DNA of 64,000 nucleotides from an uncultured Candidatus Rokubacteria bacterium (GTDB lineage Bacteria; Methylomirabilota; Methylomirabilia; Rokubacteriales; CSP1-6): NCBI GenBank assembly GCA_963848005.1, contig CAWKCA010000046.1, positions 27,481 to 91,480 of the forward strand, read 5' to 3'. Shown piece by piece: positions 18,022 to 27,776 of this stretch (position 1 is its first letter; each line of letters starts with the position of its first letter). The notes under the pieces were generated by a model. It saw only the letters and a program-made list of their open reading frames with translations, ran no database searches and was not told where the DNA came from. The position numbers and the translations under genes were made by a program.

Positions 18022-21000
18022 CTAGCTTCCCGCTGGTTGCCAGTAGGCGGCGAGAATCGTCTCGACCTCCGCCGGGCGCTGGGTGACCGCCTGCTCCCAG
18101 GCGAGCCCGCTCTGGGCGCTGTAGCTCGCCATGGCCTGAATGAGCTGATCGACCTGCGTGCTCAGCAACTGGCGGCCATCCCCCGCCCGGATCACCTCGA
18201 CCCGATTCTTTGCGCCCAGGTACCAGTTCTGGACGTCGACACGATCCGACGCTCCATGAACCGCGATACGCAGGCTGTTACTGCTCCGGCTGATGATGAG
18301 ATCGAGCGGGTCCACGTCCCCAGCCCAGGCGAGGACGTCACGGTTGCCGGCAGTCGGGTCAACGTCCACGATCACGTCCTGGCCCGCGCCCCGGGCAAAG
18401 AGATAGGTGTCGTCGCCCGCCCGGCCTTCGAGCAGGTTGGCGGCACTGTTGCCCTGGAGCACGTTGCCGAGCGTATTGCCCATGCCGTTGATCGCGCCGG
18501 TCCCCGTGAGCGTCAGGTTTTCGACGTTGTTCCTCAGCGTGTATGTCACCGCGCTCAGGACCGAATCGATGCCCGCGTTCGACGCTTCCTGCACGGTGTC
18601 GGTCGATCGCTCCACGACGTAGGTGTCGTCGCCGGCGCCCCCGGCCATCGTGTCGGCTCCCGATCCGCCGTCGAGACCGTTTGCCGCGCTGTTGCCGGTC
18701 AGCGTGTTGTTCAGACTGTTGCCGACGCCATTGATGACCCCGGCGCCGATCAAGGTCAGCTTCTCGACGTTGTCGGGAAGCGTGTAGCTCACCGAGCTCT
18801 GGACGGTGTCCGTCCCCCCGTTGAGCGCCTCAATGACGGCGTCGCTCAGACCATCGACCACGTAGGTGTCGTCGCCGGCGCCGCCGGCCATGGTGTCCGC
18901 GCCGGCAGCCCCATCGAGCACGTTGGCTTTGGTGTTCCCGGTCAGCGTGTTGTTCGTCGCGTTGCCGGTCCCGTTGATCGTGCCGTTCCCTGTCAAGGTC
19001 AGGCGCTCCACATTCGCGGGCAGCACCCAGGTCACGGAACTCTCGATGGAGTCGATTCCCTCGCTGGCGCCCTCGCTGACGGTGTCGCCGACGTTGTCCA
19101 CGACGTAGGTGTCGTCACCGGAGCCCCCGGCCATGGCGTCAGCGCCCGCGCCCCCGTTGAGCCGATTCGCGGCGGTGTTGCCGGTGAGGGCATTGCTGGC
19201 TGTGTTGCCCGTGCCATCGATGGGCGCCGTGCCCGTCAAGGTCAGGTTCTCCACGTTCACGGGCAACGCATACGCCACCGCACTCTCGATCGTGTCGGTC
19301 CCTTGATTCGCAAGTTCCGTCACGGCGTCGGCGGCGTCGGCCACCACGTACGTGTCATTGCCCGTGCCGCCGGCCAGCGTGTCCGCACCGCTGCCGCCGT
19401 CCAGGACGTCGTCGCCGCCTCCGCCCGTGAGGGAGTTCGCTCCGCCGTTGCCCGTGAGGCGATTGTCCAGCGTGTTCCCCGTTCCGTTGATCGGGCCGGA
19501 CCCCGTCAACGCGAGGTTCTCCACGTTGGATGGCAGTGTGTACGTCACCGCACTCTCGATCGCGTCCGTTCCCTCCGCCGCGAGCTCCATCACCGCGTCG
19601 ATGGAATCGGCGACGACATACGTATCGTTGCCGGGCCCACCGACCAGGGTGTCCGCTCCCCCACTGCCCTCCAGGACGTCGTCACCCGCGCCCCCGCTGA
19701 GAGTGTTCGCTCCGCTGTTGCCCGTCAGGCGGTTGCTCAGGGCGTTGCCCGTCCCGCCGATCGCCCCGGCCCCCGTCAAGCTCAGGTATTCCACGTTGTC
19801 GGGGAGGGTGTAGGTCACCGAGCTTTCGACTCCGTCGGCGCCTTCGCCCTGAAGCTCTACCGCGGCGTCCGCGACATGGTCCACGACGTAGATGTCGTCG
19901 CCGGCGCCGCCGGCCATGGTGTCGGCTCCCGTGCCACCGTCGAGCCGGTTCGCCGCGGCGTTGCCGGTGAGCGTGTTGTTCAAGCCGTTGCCCGTGCCCT
20001 CGAGCGCGGCGACACCCGTCAGCGTCAGACGCTCCACGTTCGCGGGCAGCGCGTAGGTCACCGAACTCTCGATGGCGTCCGTCCCTTCGCTGGCCGCTTC
20101 CGTGACGGTGTCGCCCGCGCTATCCACGAGGTAGGTATCGTCACCGGCGCCCCCCGCCATCGCATCAACTCCCGCGCCGCCGTCGAGCCGGTTCGCGGCG
20201 CTGTTCCCGGTGAGCGTGTTGTTCAACGCGTTGCCGGTGCCGCCGATGGCCGACGTGCCGGTCAGCGTCAGGTTCTCCACGTTGTCGGGTAACGTCGCGG
20301 TCGCCCCGGTCTCGAGGGAGTCCGTCCCCTCGCCCGGCAGCTCGGTCACGATGTCGGCCGCATCGGCCATGGCGTACGTGTCGTTGCCCGGGCCGCCGAC
20401 GAGCGTGTCGAGCCCTGCGCCGCCCTCGAGGGCATCGTCACCGGCGGCCCCGCTGAGCGTGTTGGCCCCGCTGTTGCCCGTGAGGCGGTTATTCAGGGCA
20501 TTGCCGGTGCCGCTGATCGCGCCGGTCCCGCTCAGCGTCAGACCCTCCACGTTGGCGGGCAGCGTGTAGCTCATCAAGGCCTCGACCGTGTCGGTTCCCT
20601 CGCCGGCAGCCTCCACCACCGTGTCGGCGGCCGCGTCCACGACGTACGTGTCGTCACCGGTCCCGCCGGCCATCGCGTCGATCCCGAATCCGCCGTCGAG
20701 TCGGTCGTTCCCCGCCTCGCCTTCAAGGACGTCGTTGTCGCGATCCCCGAGGAGTACATCGTCGTCGGCACCGCCGTAGAGGATATCGTTGCCGGCATTG
20801 CCACTGAGCGAATCGATGCCCGGTCCGCCTCGCAGGGTGTCGTCGCCGTTGTCGCCGAGGAGCGAGTCGTTGCCCGCGCCGCCATCGAGAACGTCGTTCT
20901 CGCTGCCGCCATCGAGTACATCGTCCCCGCCGCCGCCCTCCAGGACGTCGGCGCCGCCGACACCGTACAACATGTCGTTCCCATCCTCGCCGGCCAGCGT

Positions 21001-23883
21001 GTCGTCATCGCGATCGCCGGAGAGCGTGTCGTCGCCGTCGCCGCCTCGCAGGGTGTCGTTGCCCTCGTTGCCTCGAAGCGAGTCGGTGCCGGCCCCCCCG
21101 AGCAGGGCGTCGTTCCCTTCATCGCCGGAAAGGGAGTCGTCACCCGCACCGCCGTCCAGACTGTCGTTGCCTCCACGGCCGGCCAGCGTATCGTCACCGC
21201 CCAGCCCTTGCAGGGTGTCGGCCGTCGCATAGCCCGTGAGACTGTCCGGCCCCTCCGTGGGGACGATGACGAGTTGCCGCAGCGTCTCCCGATCCCACAC
21301 GGTGCCGCCGGCGAACCGGATCTCTTCCACTTCGTACCGGCGGGGCGCCGACTCGGAGAACCAGGAGGTGATGCGGAGCTGGTCCGACGTGCCGATGATC
21401 TGCAGGACAAGATCGTCCGCCTCACGCCTCGCCTGCACATCGCTGGGCGCGACCCCGACCCCAACTTCGACTACGTCCAGATTCCCGGGCGTGGAATCGC
21501 GATCGACGACTACGTCCCGCCCGCTGCCGAGTCCGAACCGGTAGGTGTCGTTCTCGATCCCCCCGTCAAGGGAGTCGTTCCCCGCGCCCCCGTCCAGGAT
21601 GTCGGCCCCTGCCTCGCCAGTGAGCGTGTCGTTCCCGGCCTCGCCTTCTAGCGTGTCCGCGCCCCGATTTCCCGCCAGGCTGTCGTCACCGTCACCCCCG
21701 CGGAGCGTGTCGTCCTCTTCGCGCCCGAGGAGGGTGTCGTTGCCTGCGCCACCCAGCAGCGTGTCATTGCCCTCGCCGCCGTCCAGGGAATCGTCGCCGT
21801 CGCCGCCATCCAGAACATCGGCGCCCGCCTCGCCCAGGAGCGTGTCGTTGTCGGCCTGCCCGAACAGGCGGTCGTTACCCCGACGCCCCGCTAACGCATC
21901 GTTGCCACTGCCGCCATCCAGCACATCGTCGTCCGCGCCCCCCGTGAGCGTGTCGGCGCCCCCCTGTCCATAGAGGACGTCGTCACCTTCATCGCCCGAC
22001 AAAGCGTCGTTGCCATCGCCGCCCTGAATGGCGTTGGCCGTCGAATCGCCGGTCAGCACGTCGTCGCCGGTCGTCGCGGCGATCAGCGCCTTGCCCCCTG
22101 AGTCGACGGCCCACGCGACGGCCTCGCCCTGAGCGGCAAACGTGTCGCGGAACGTCCAGTAGTCGAGCATCCCCTCGAGCCCGAAGCCCCGCACGGTGCG
22201 GGCGAACTCGGACAGAACCCCCACCCCGGCAGCGGGGTCTGTCGTCAGCAGGCTCTGCAGCGCGCTGGTCGTCGCGCTCAGGTCACCGGTAACCGTCTGC
22301 GCCTCGGCGTCCCATCGGTAAGTCGCGAGACCCCACAGGGCCTCGACGTGCGTCTGGGTCATGAGTTGGGCGTACACCAGCTCTGCCACCGTCTGGTAGG
22401 ACCGGTTGAGGAGCCCTGCCACCTCGGCGTTGGGATTGCCGGTGCCCTCGATCCCGACGAACGCCTCCCCGTACGTACGCTCGAGCACCCCGAGTCTCCG
22501 CGCGTCGATGTACGGACCCCGACTGGCCGGGTCGATCGCGGCGCTGCCCATCCACGTGAAGATGATCTCCTCCAGGAGGATGGCCCGCTGCGCTGGGTCC
22601 TCCTGGGCAGCGAATTGCTGCACGAGGTCCTTCAAGGCGCCCGTGGCATCGCGCACCATGGCCTGGCGCAAGTCGTAGACCGTGCCGTACCCTCGCACGT
22701 TCGGGAGGGCGGCGATGTCGGCGGGGACCTCGAGGGTATCGCCCGCAACGCTGTAGAGCTGATCCACCTGCAACCACACGTCTGCCGTGGAACCACTTGC
22801 CCCGTCGGACCGCGTGAAGGTCCCCACGAGGCGATGCTCGTTGCCCTGCGCGTCGACGAAGGTCGACGGCGTGGACGCCGTGCCAATCGCGGTGACGCCG
22901 ACATCAGGCAAGGTGCGCAACTCTTCGCCGGCGCTCACTCCATCGCCGTCGGCGTCCTGCCACACCCGGAGCTGGCTCCAGACCGGATCGCTCGCGTCCA
23001 ACTTGCCGTCCGCGTTCGCATCCCATTCCGCCAGGGCCTGGTAGCCATCGGCCGCGGTGGCGCCGTTGCTGAGTGGTGTCTGATTGCCGAACAGCTCCCT
23101 CCCATCGTCGATGGTGCCGTTGCCGTTTCGATCCAGAACCAACAGCCCATCGTCCGACCCGACCCACCCCGTCTCCTCCCGAAAGCCGTCGCCGGCATGA
23201 TCGAAGAACGCACCGGAGACCAGCCCCTTGGTCTCGACGCCGTCCCCATCCAGATCGAGAATGAGAGGGGATGATGTCTGAAAGACGTCGAACTCCTCAC
23301 TTGCCTCTTCGAGGACGGACTCGTCCTCTTCGCCCACGACTTCCCCACTGGCGTCGTCGCGCCCCGCTCCTTCCATCAAATCGACGAGGTACTCGGGGTC
23401 GGCGTGGAAACTGACCGGCACAATCTCAGGGTCAGCCTCGGAACCCCTCCATTCGGCCGGGTCTTCCCGATACAGATACGGCGGCACACCCGTCGGGCCC
23501 GTTTCATTCCAGGGAAGCGGATCGCTGGTCGGGGCTTGGATGACCTCATAGTGCAGATGGGGGGCTGTAGATAGCCCTGTGCTGCCGCTCTCGCCGATCT
23601 CCTGACCCCTGATCACCTGCTCGCCGGCTTGTACGGTCATCCCGCCGAGATGGCCGTAGAGCGTGTACACTCGCTGCCCGTCGTCGCCGACGGCTCCGTG
23701 ATCGATAATCACCACGTTGCCGTACTGGTAGTGAAACGACGCCCTTACGACGATACCATCTGCACTCGCCATTACGGATGTTCTCGCCTCAACGGGGATA
23801 TCGGTACCAGCGTGACGTCCTGGAACAAAGCCCCTTGAAGGGCTTACGGTCGAATTGACCGGCCATTGAAGTCCACCTGGCAT
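18022..23883 (-). CDS. Giant (1953 aa) T1SS-type secreted protein. It has an N-terminal M23 (LytM/lysostaphin-like) metallopeptidase domain, DxDxDG calcium-loop/dockerin-like modules, two RTX nonapeptide beta-roll blocks, 8 tandem ~95-aa repeats and a C-terminal secretion-signal region.
   Basis: The ATG at 23883 has an AGGAGGG RBS and no signal peptide. Residues 8-110 (GRHAGTDIP...DGIVV...GNVVIIDHG...YGHL...GEQVIRGQEIGESGSTGLSTAPHLHYEV) carry the M23 HxxxD and HxH motifs. Residues about 180-330 have repeated D-x-D/N-x-D-G loops. About 40 GGxGxDxL/GNDTL nonapeptides follow. Two copies of the RTX-associated block (...LDVVEVGVGVAPSDV...ITSWF...YEVEEIRFAGGTVW) are present. Eight repeats of the form GGAGDDTYVVD..DTV.E...EGTD.VES.V.Y.LP.NVE.LTLTG.GAI.GTGN.L.N.LTGN.AAN.L.GG.G.D are present. 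The C-terminus is uncharged and D/E-poor. Confidence 0.85.
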   Translation of the reverse strand: MPGGLQWPVNSTVSPSRGFVPGRHAGTDIPVEARTSVMASADGIVVRASFHYQYGNVVIIDHGAVGDDGQRVYTLYGHLGGMTVQAGEQVIRGQEIGESGSTGLSTAPHLHYEVIQAPTSDPLPWNETGPTGVPPYLYREDPAEWRGSEADPEIVPVSFHADPEYLVDLMEGAGRDDASGEVVGEEDESVLEEASEEFDVFQTSSPLILDLDGDGVETKGLVSGAFFDHAGDGFREETGWVGSDDGLLVLDRNGNGTIDDGRELFGNQTPLSNGATAADGYQALAEWDANADGKLDASDPVWSQLRVWQDADGDGVSAGEELRTLPDVGVTAIGTASTPSTFVDAQGNEHRLVGTFTRSDGASGSTADVWLQVDQLYSVAGDTLEVPADIAALPNVRGYGTVYDLRQAMVRDATGALKDLVQQFAAQEDPAQRAILLEEIIFTWMGSAAIDPASRGPYIDARRLGVLERTYGEAFVGIEGTGNPNAEVAGLLNRSYQTVAELVYAQLMTQTHVEALWGLATYRWDAEAQTVTGDLSATTSALQSLLTTDPAAGVGVLSEFARTVRGFGLEGMLDYWTFRDTFAAQGEAVAWAVDSGGKALIAATTGDDVLTGDSTANAIQGGDGNDALSGDEGDDVLYGQGGADTLTGGADDDVLDGGSGNDALAGRRGNDRLFGQADNDTLLGEAGADVLDGGDGDDSLDGGEGNDTLLGGAGNDTLLGREEDDTLRGGDGDDSLAGNRGADTLEGEAGNDTLTGEAGADILDGGAGNDSLDGGIENDTYRFGLGSGRDVVVDRDSTPGNLDVVEVGVGVAPSDVQARREADDLVLQIIGTSDQLRITSWFSESAPRRYEVEEIRFAGGTVWDRETLRQLVIVPTEGPDSLTGYATADTLQGLGGDDTLAGRGGNDSLDGGAGDDSLSGDEGNDALLGGAGTDSLRGNEGNDTLRGGDGDDTLSGDRDDDTLAGEDGNDMLYGVGGADVLEGGGGDDVLDGGSENDVLDGGAGNDSLLGDNGDDTLRGGPGIDSLSGNAGNDILYGGADDDVLLGDRDNDVLEGEAGNDRLDGGFGIDAMAGGTGDDTYVVDAAADTVVEAAGEGTDTVEALMSYTLPANVEGLTLSGTGAISGTGNALNNRLTGNSGANTLSGAAGDDALEGGAGLDTLVGGPGNDTYAMADAADIVTELPGEGTDSLETGATATLPDNVENLTLTGTSAIGGTGNALNNTLTGNSAANRLDGGAGVDAMAGGAGDDTYLVDSAGDTVTEAASEGTDAIESSVTYALPANVERLTLTGVAALEGTGNGLNNTLTGNAAANRLDGGTGADTMAGGAGDDIYVVDHVADAAVELQGEGADGVESSVTYTLPDNVEYLSLTGAGAIGGTGNALSNRLTGNSGANTLSGGAGDDVLEGSGGADTLVGGPGNDTYVVADSIDAVMELAAEGTDAIESAVTYTLPSNVENLALTGSGPINGTGNTLDNRLTGNGGANSLTGGGGDDVLDGGSGADTLAGGTGNDTYVVADAADAVTELANQGTDTIESAVAYALPVNVENLTLTGTAPIDGTGNTASNALTGNTAANRLNGGAGADAMAGGSGDDTYVVDNVGDTVSEGASEGIDSIESSVTWVLPANVERLTLTGNGTINGTGNATNNTLTGNTKANVLDGAAGADTMAGGAGDDTYVVDGLSDAVIEALNGGTDTVQSSVSYTLPDNVEKLTLIGAGVINGVGNSLNNTLTGNSAANGLDGGSGADTMAGGAGDDTYVVERSTDTVQEASNAGIDSVLSAVTYTLRNNVENLTLTGTGAINGMGNTLGNVLQGNSAANLLEGRAGDDTYLFARGAGQDVIVDVDPTAGNRDVLAWAGDVDPLDLIISRSSNSLRIAVHGASDRVDVQNWYLGAKNRVEVIRAGDGRQLLSTQVDQLIQAMASYSAQSGLAWEQAVTQRPAEVETILAAYWQPAGS
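18320..20630. repeat. Tandem coding repeats (8 units of about 285 bp) inside the giant RTX gene.
   Basis: Periodic near-identical segments are visible in the DNA (GTCGTCGCCGGCGCCGCCGGCCATGGTGTC...GTTGCCGGTGAGCGTGTTGTT...) and in the mirrored antisense ORFs. They correspond to protein residues about 1085-1855. Confidence 0.75.
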
Positions 23884-23892
23884 GGTGCCCTC

Positions 23893-25002
23893 CTACTCGC
23901 TGTCTCTTGGCATGTCGACAACAAACACGTCTGTCCGTCCGGCGAGAGGCGGAAAGCCGAGCTTAGGCACCTTTCTCTCGCTGCGGCGCTCACGCTCAAA
24001 CGCCAGTCGCTTGCCGTCTGGAGAGATCCTGAATCCTGACGGCTCGGTGCCGAATACCACGCACCGGCTATTCCTCGTGCTGTCCATCCACAGCGCCAAA
24101 CAGTCCGCATTCCTCTCCGAAAGGGCGATCGTGTCCCCGTCCGAAGTAATATCGAACGCCGTAATGCTGTCGGCTCTACTTATGAGCGACTCGCACAGTG
24201 TCGCCTCGTCCTGGATGCGACACCTGAACAGTTCCCTGCGGCCGGCAGGACGCTGCCCGCTCGACAAGAGATAGACCCGGTTCAACCGATCCACACGCAG
24301 GCCGAAGCTATCGACGATCGCTCCATGGAGCAGGCGAATCGGCTCTCCGGGGCCAATATGTTCAACCCACAAATGCGTTCCCGACAGCACCAGAACGTGA
24401 CGGGAGTCGGCAAGCCATGCCGCTTCAAGTCCCGCGCCAGGCGACCAGTGCCTCCGCGAGTAAACCAGGGTCCACCGCGGCGGCTTGCTGTTGACCATCA
24501 CCCGCGGCCTCCCATCATGAAAGAGAAGCTTGGTGCCATCTGGCGACCATTGGCCCCCGCTTCCTGCCACGGCAAACCGTTCTCGCCGACCATCCTCCAG
24601 GTTGTAACGCCAGAAGTCGCGAGCCCCCATTGTCCCGACGGCGGGGTCCCACCGATGGCTATGAGGGTCGATATCTACCATCCGGCTACTCTTGGGTTCC
24701 CAGTACACAATCCACTTTCCGTCCGGCGTACACGCAATTTGCACCCCGGTTCGGTTGATCACGGTCGTCTGCCGAGTCGAGAGGTCGACCCACCGTAGTC
24801 CTGTACGCTCACCAGACACGACGACGATATTGGGACCGCACCACACAGGCCCCGCCAGAGGCGTCACATCCTCCGCCACCAGGATTTCCGAAGGGGCAGG
24901 CCGAACACCACCGCCACGTTCGCTCACCGACCACCCACTGGCAGACACCCCGAAGAGTTCGCACGCGCACAGCGCGGCAAAGGCTGCGATCGCTGCTCTC
25001 AT
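23893..25002 (-). CDS. TolB-like / PD40 (WD40-like) beta-propeller repeat protein with a signal peptide.
   Basis: MRAAIAAFAALCACELFGVSASG is a signal peptide. Repeated TPDGKWIVY, SPDGTKLLF and SPDGKRLAF motifs are PD40 blades. Its stop lies 10 nt upstream of the giant gene start on the same strand. GC is about 58%, well below the window average. Confidence 0.6.
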   Translation of the reverse strand: MRAAIAAFAALCACELFGVSASGWSVSERGGGVRPAPSEILVAEDVTPLAGPVWCGPNIVVVSGERTGLRWVDLSTRQTTVINRTGVQIACTPDGKWIVYWEPKSSRMVDIDPHSHRWDPAVGTMGARDFWRYNLEDGRRERFAVAGSGGQWSPDGTKLLFHDGRPRVMVNSKPPRWTLVYSRRHWSPGAGLEAAWLADSRHVLVLSGTHLWVEHIGPGEPIRLLHGAIVDSFGLRVDRLNRVYLLSSGQRPAGRRELFRCRIQDEATLCESLISRADSITAFDITSDGDTIALSERNADCLALWMDSTRNSRCVVFGTEPSGFRISPDGKRLAFERERRSERKVPKLGFPPLAGRTDVFVVDMPRDSE

Positions 25003-26148
25003 CCGTGCGCCTCGTGGCCCCGCCGCCACCGCGCGACGAAAGTTGAGATGGAAGGTCGCCCATCCACAACCGGAAATGCCGAGGGGCACGATGGACGAGG
25101 CCAGATGCGGAGGACGCGCGCCCCGCCCCGAACCTCATCCCCATCACTCACCACCGGTTCTCGAAACGCCGAGTTCACCGCTATGTTCTTGATCCTCGGT
25201 CCTCTAGGCACGGCATCCTCCATCACCTCCGCCCCGCTGAGCGCGCTGGCGGGCAAGCGGACGAACGTCATTACTCGGGCGAGCGCCAGGCGAATCTCGA
25301 ATGGTGACCATCACATCCTGATCCAATTCCTCGCTCGCATCGTCTTAGTCCTACAAGCCACTCACCATCACGTCAACGACTCAGATTCGATACACGTGCC
25401 TGACTAGATCGGGATGCGGCGAGAAGGCAGCACTCGGTAGACGGTGCCGTTGAAGTGATTCGCACGGACAAAAGGGCCAGCGAGACGCCCTCGGTCGACC
25501 GCGAACTCCACTCCTGACTCCGATTGGAAATGCACGTGCGGCCCTCCCCGAACTGCCAGAGAAGAGTCGTGCCGCTGTCCGCGGCAAGGAAGGCCGCCGT
25601 GGCCGGGACCTAACTCATATCGGATCCGCAGAGCACGAAGCGGTTCAGGAAGAGTGGCATCCAGAAGGGTCCCCTGCCGCCGGTCGAGGCCCGTGGCCGT
25701 AACAGCGCGAAGGGGCGCCAACTGGGTGGAGTTCTTAGCCTCCCAGCGCCCCTCACAAGCGACCGCTCCGGTGTTGCACGGGCGGGAGGAGGCTCGGTGC
25801 GAGGGCCAGGGCCCCACCACGTTGATGAACAACCCGAAGGACTTCTAGAGTAGAGGGACTTCTAGAGCGGGATCAGCCCAGATTGATGGCGGTCAGGGAC
25901 AGCGACATCTTGGCCGCCTCACTCCGGTCCGTCTGCGCGCCGGAGGCCACGAGGGCCCGCTCCTCTCACCCTCAGCGGGTAAGAGCTGAACAATGGGTTG
26001 CATCAGGCTGTGCCGAGTCACCCCGAAAGATCTGCATCGGGAGGCGTTATCGAGCCGACTCGCGCAGCCCCACAGCCGATACGTTGACGCAGTCCGTTTG
26101 GGACTTGGCGGTGGCCCGGCCGGCCGCCCGGCTCACCGCCTCGTCACG

Positions 26149-26349
26149 TTACGCCTTGCGAACGTTCGCGGCCTGCAAGCCTTTCGGGCCTCGCGTGATG
26201 TCAAACTCCACGCGCTCCCCTTCGGTCAGGCTCTTGAAGCCCGACGCCTGGATCGCGCTGAAGTGCACAAACACGTCCTCGCCACCTTCCTGGGTGATGA
26301 AGCCGAACCCCTTTGCGTCGTTGAACCACTTCACTTGTCCTGTTGCCAT
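26149..26349 (-). CDS. cspA: Cold-shock protein (CspA family).
   Basis: The 66-aa product [34 protein letters not shown]...[10 protein letters not shown] has the RNP1/RNP2 motifs. A long (about 170 nt) upstream leader is typical of csp genes. Confidence 0.9.
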   Translation of the reverse strand: MATGQVKWFNDAKGFGFITQEGGEDVFVHFSAIQASGFKSLTEGERVEFDITRGPKGLQAANVRKA

Positions 26350-26899
26350 CTCCTACCGTCCTTTCAGGGGCTCGTGCCCCACGGGAGCTCCCGCCTTACG
26401 CAAGGAGCGTCTGCGCGAGATCGGAACTCAAACAAAAACGCCGCGCGAACTGGATCTCGCGCGGCGTTAAACTCGATCTCACACTTACTAGCTGAGCGCG
26501 TTGCCGTAACAGAAAACCAGACCTCGGACATTAACGCACGCGTCGCGCACCTTGTCAACGAGATTTGGCGTACCCATGCATCCGTGTCCCGGCAATGCTC
26601 GGCGGCCGTCGTGCGCGCTACCGGAGGCTACGAGAGCCTGACCGCGGCGCCAATCACCACGATCAGCCGCACGGTGGCGAGCATGCGAATCACCAGCCAC
26701 GCGCGAATCGACGGATCCTGTCAGGGATTCCTCGCCTCCCGAGCGTAGTGGTAAACGTTCAGGAGCTGCACGCACCAGAACCAGCAGCCGTGGGCTGTGC
26801 GGACCCCCGTCCCGGTCGGTGAACGTGTGGTGCTTCGGTGGACCGGCGCCGAACCGACCCGACACGGATCGGGGCTCGCGAGCCGAGGCCCGCGGGTCA

Positions 26900-27157
26900 C
26901 TACGCTTGCAGCGCGGCCTGCCCGGCGTAGCTCATGACGTACGAGGTCGTCAGCCCGCCGCCTTTTCGAGGGATTTTGTCCTGCTCCTCGACGAGACGAG
27001 CGGTGATGAGGGCGTTCACGGTCATGGGCGACAGCTCGACCGTACCGATCCAGCACGTTTCCTGCACGCCGGCCTCGCCCGGCTCGAGCCGCACGAAGAG
27101 CACGCCTCCGTGGGCCATCCGCTCGAGCACCTCACGCTGAGGTTGACTGAGCTTCAC
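26900..27157 (-). CDS. Small hypothetical protein (85 aa).
   Basis: The ORF MKLSQPQREVLERMAHGGVLFVRLEPGEAGVQETCWIGTVELSPMTVNALITARLVEEQ... is clean. It is separated by 4 nt from the next small ORF, and GC is lower than average. Homology is unknown. Confidence 0.35.
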   Translation of the reverse strand: MKLSQPQREVLERMAHGGVLFVRLEPGEAGVQETCWIGTVELSPMTVNALITARLVEEQDKIPRKGGGLTTSYVMSYAGQAALQA

Positions 27158-27161
27158 GAGG

Positions 27162-27410
27162 TCACACCCTGGCCCTGACCACGCGGTAGCGACCGTCGGG
27201 GATCCTTTCGACCCGCGCCGCCTGTTCCAACTCGTCGAGCAACTCCTCGATCCGCCTGGTCACGGGTGCCTTCATCCCCACGACGGAGCCAGCCTGGAGA
27301 AGCTCGTTGGCGAGAGTGGCGGCGGTAGCTCCGGCGGCATGCGTCGTCAGGACGGCGACCAGCTTGGTTTCCGGTGAGATGGGCGCGCCGCGCCGGAGCG
27401 GGGCGAACAT
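27162..27410 (-). CDS. Small hypothetical protein (82 aa), possibly a winged-helix DNA-binding protein.
   Basis: The sequence is MFAPLRRGAPISPETKLVAVLTTHAAGATAATLANELLQAGSVVGMKAPVTRRIEELLDELEQAARVERIPDGRYRVV. It forms a tandem pair with 26900..27157. The longer ORF extension to 27725 was rejected because it translates the tRNA. Confidence 0.35.
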   Translation of the reverse strand: MFAPLRRGAPISPETKLVAVLTTHAAGATAATLANELLQAGSVVGMKAPVTRRIEELLDELEQAARVERIPDGRYRVVRARV

Positions 27411-27640
27411 CTTCCAGTCGTCGCCCCTCATCACCGCGACACCTCGACGGCGAGGGCGTGAGGGGAGATCGTCACTCGTATGTTGGGCCTCCTCGTCCTC
27501 CCTGGAGGCAAGGAGGTCTACGCGAATTGAACGCGGCTGGCAGCATTCTACGCTGCGCGCCTGGTTCGCTGTGAAGAAAGTGGGGCGTTCAGCGTGGCGC
27601 AACGCGATCGGTCTCGGGGAGTGTCGGTCAGCTGAAAAGA

Positions 27641-27717
<77 letters not shown>

Positions 27718-27776
27718 CCAGACACGCGAGGATACCAGAGGGCTCCGCGGCTGTCACGCGGGGAGCCTTGGTGCGC

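Noticed and set aside
17908-20292. 794-aa plus-strand ORF with periodic VVAGAAGHGV-type repeats, and many 60-150-aa plus ORFs up to 21973
   Set aside because: These are mirror images of the tandem repeats in the minus-strand RTX gene. The periodicity comes from the coding repeats on the other strand. It is not a CRISPR array, because there are no short conserved repeats with unique spacers.
23881-27640. Integrase or prophage next to tRNA-Phe
   Set aside because: A search by translation found no tyrosine-recombinase motif (R..H..R..Y), no capsid or terminase-like ORF and no recognisable att repeat, so no mobile element was called. A degraded island remains possible and is noted in the findings.
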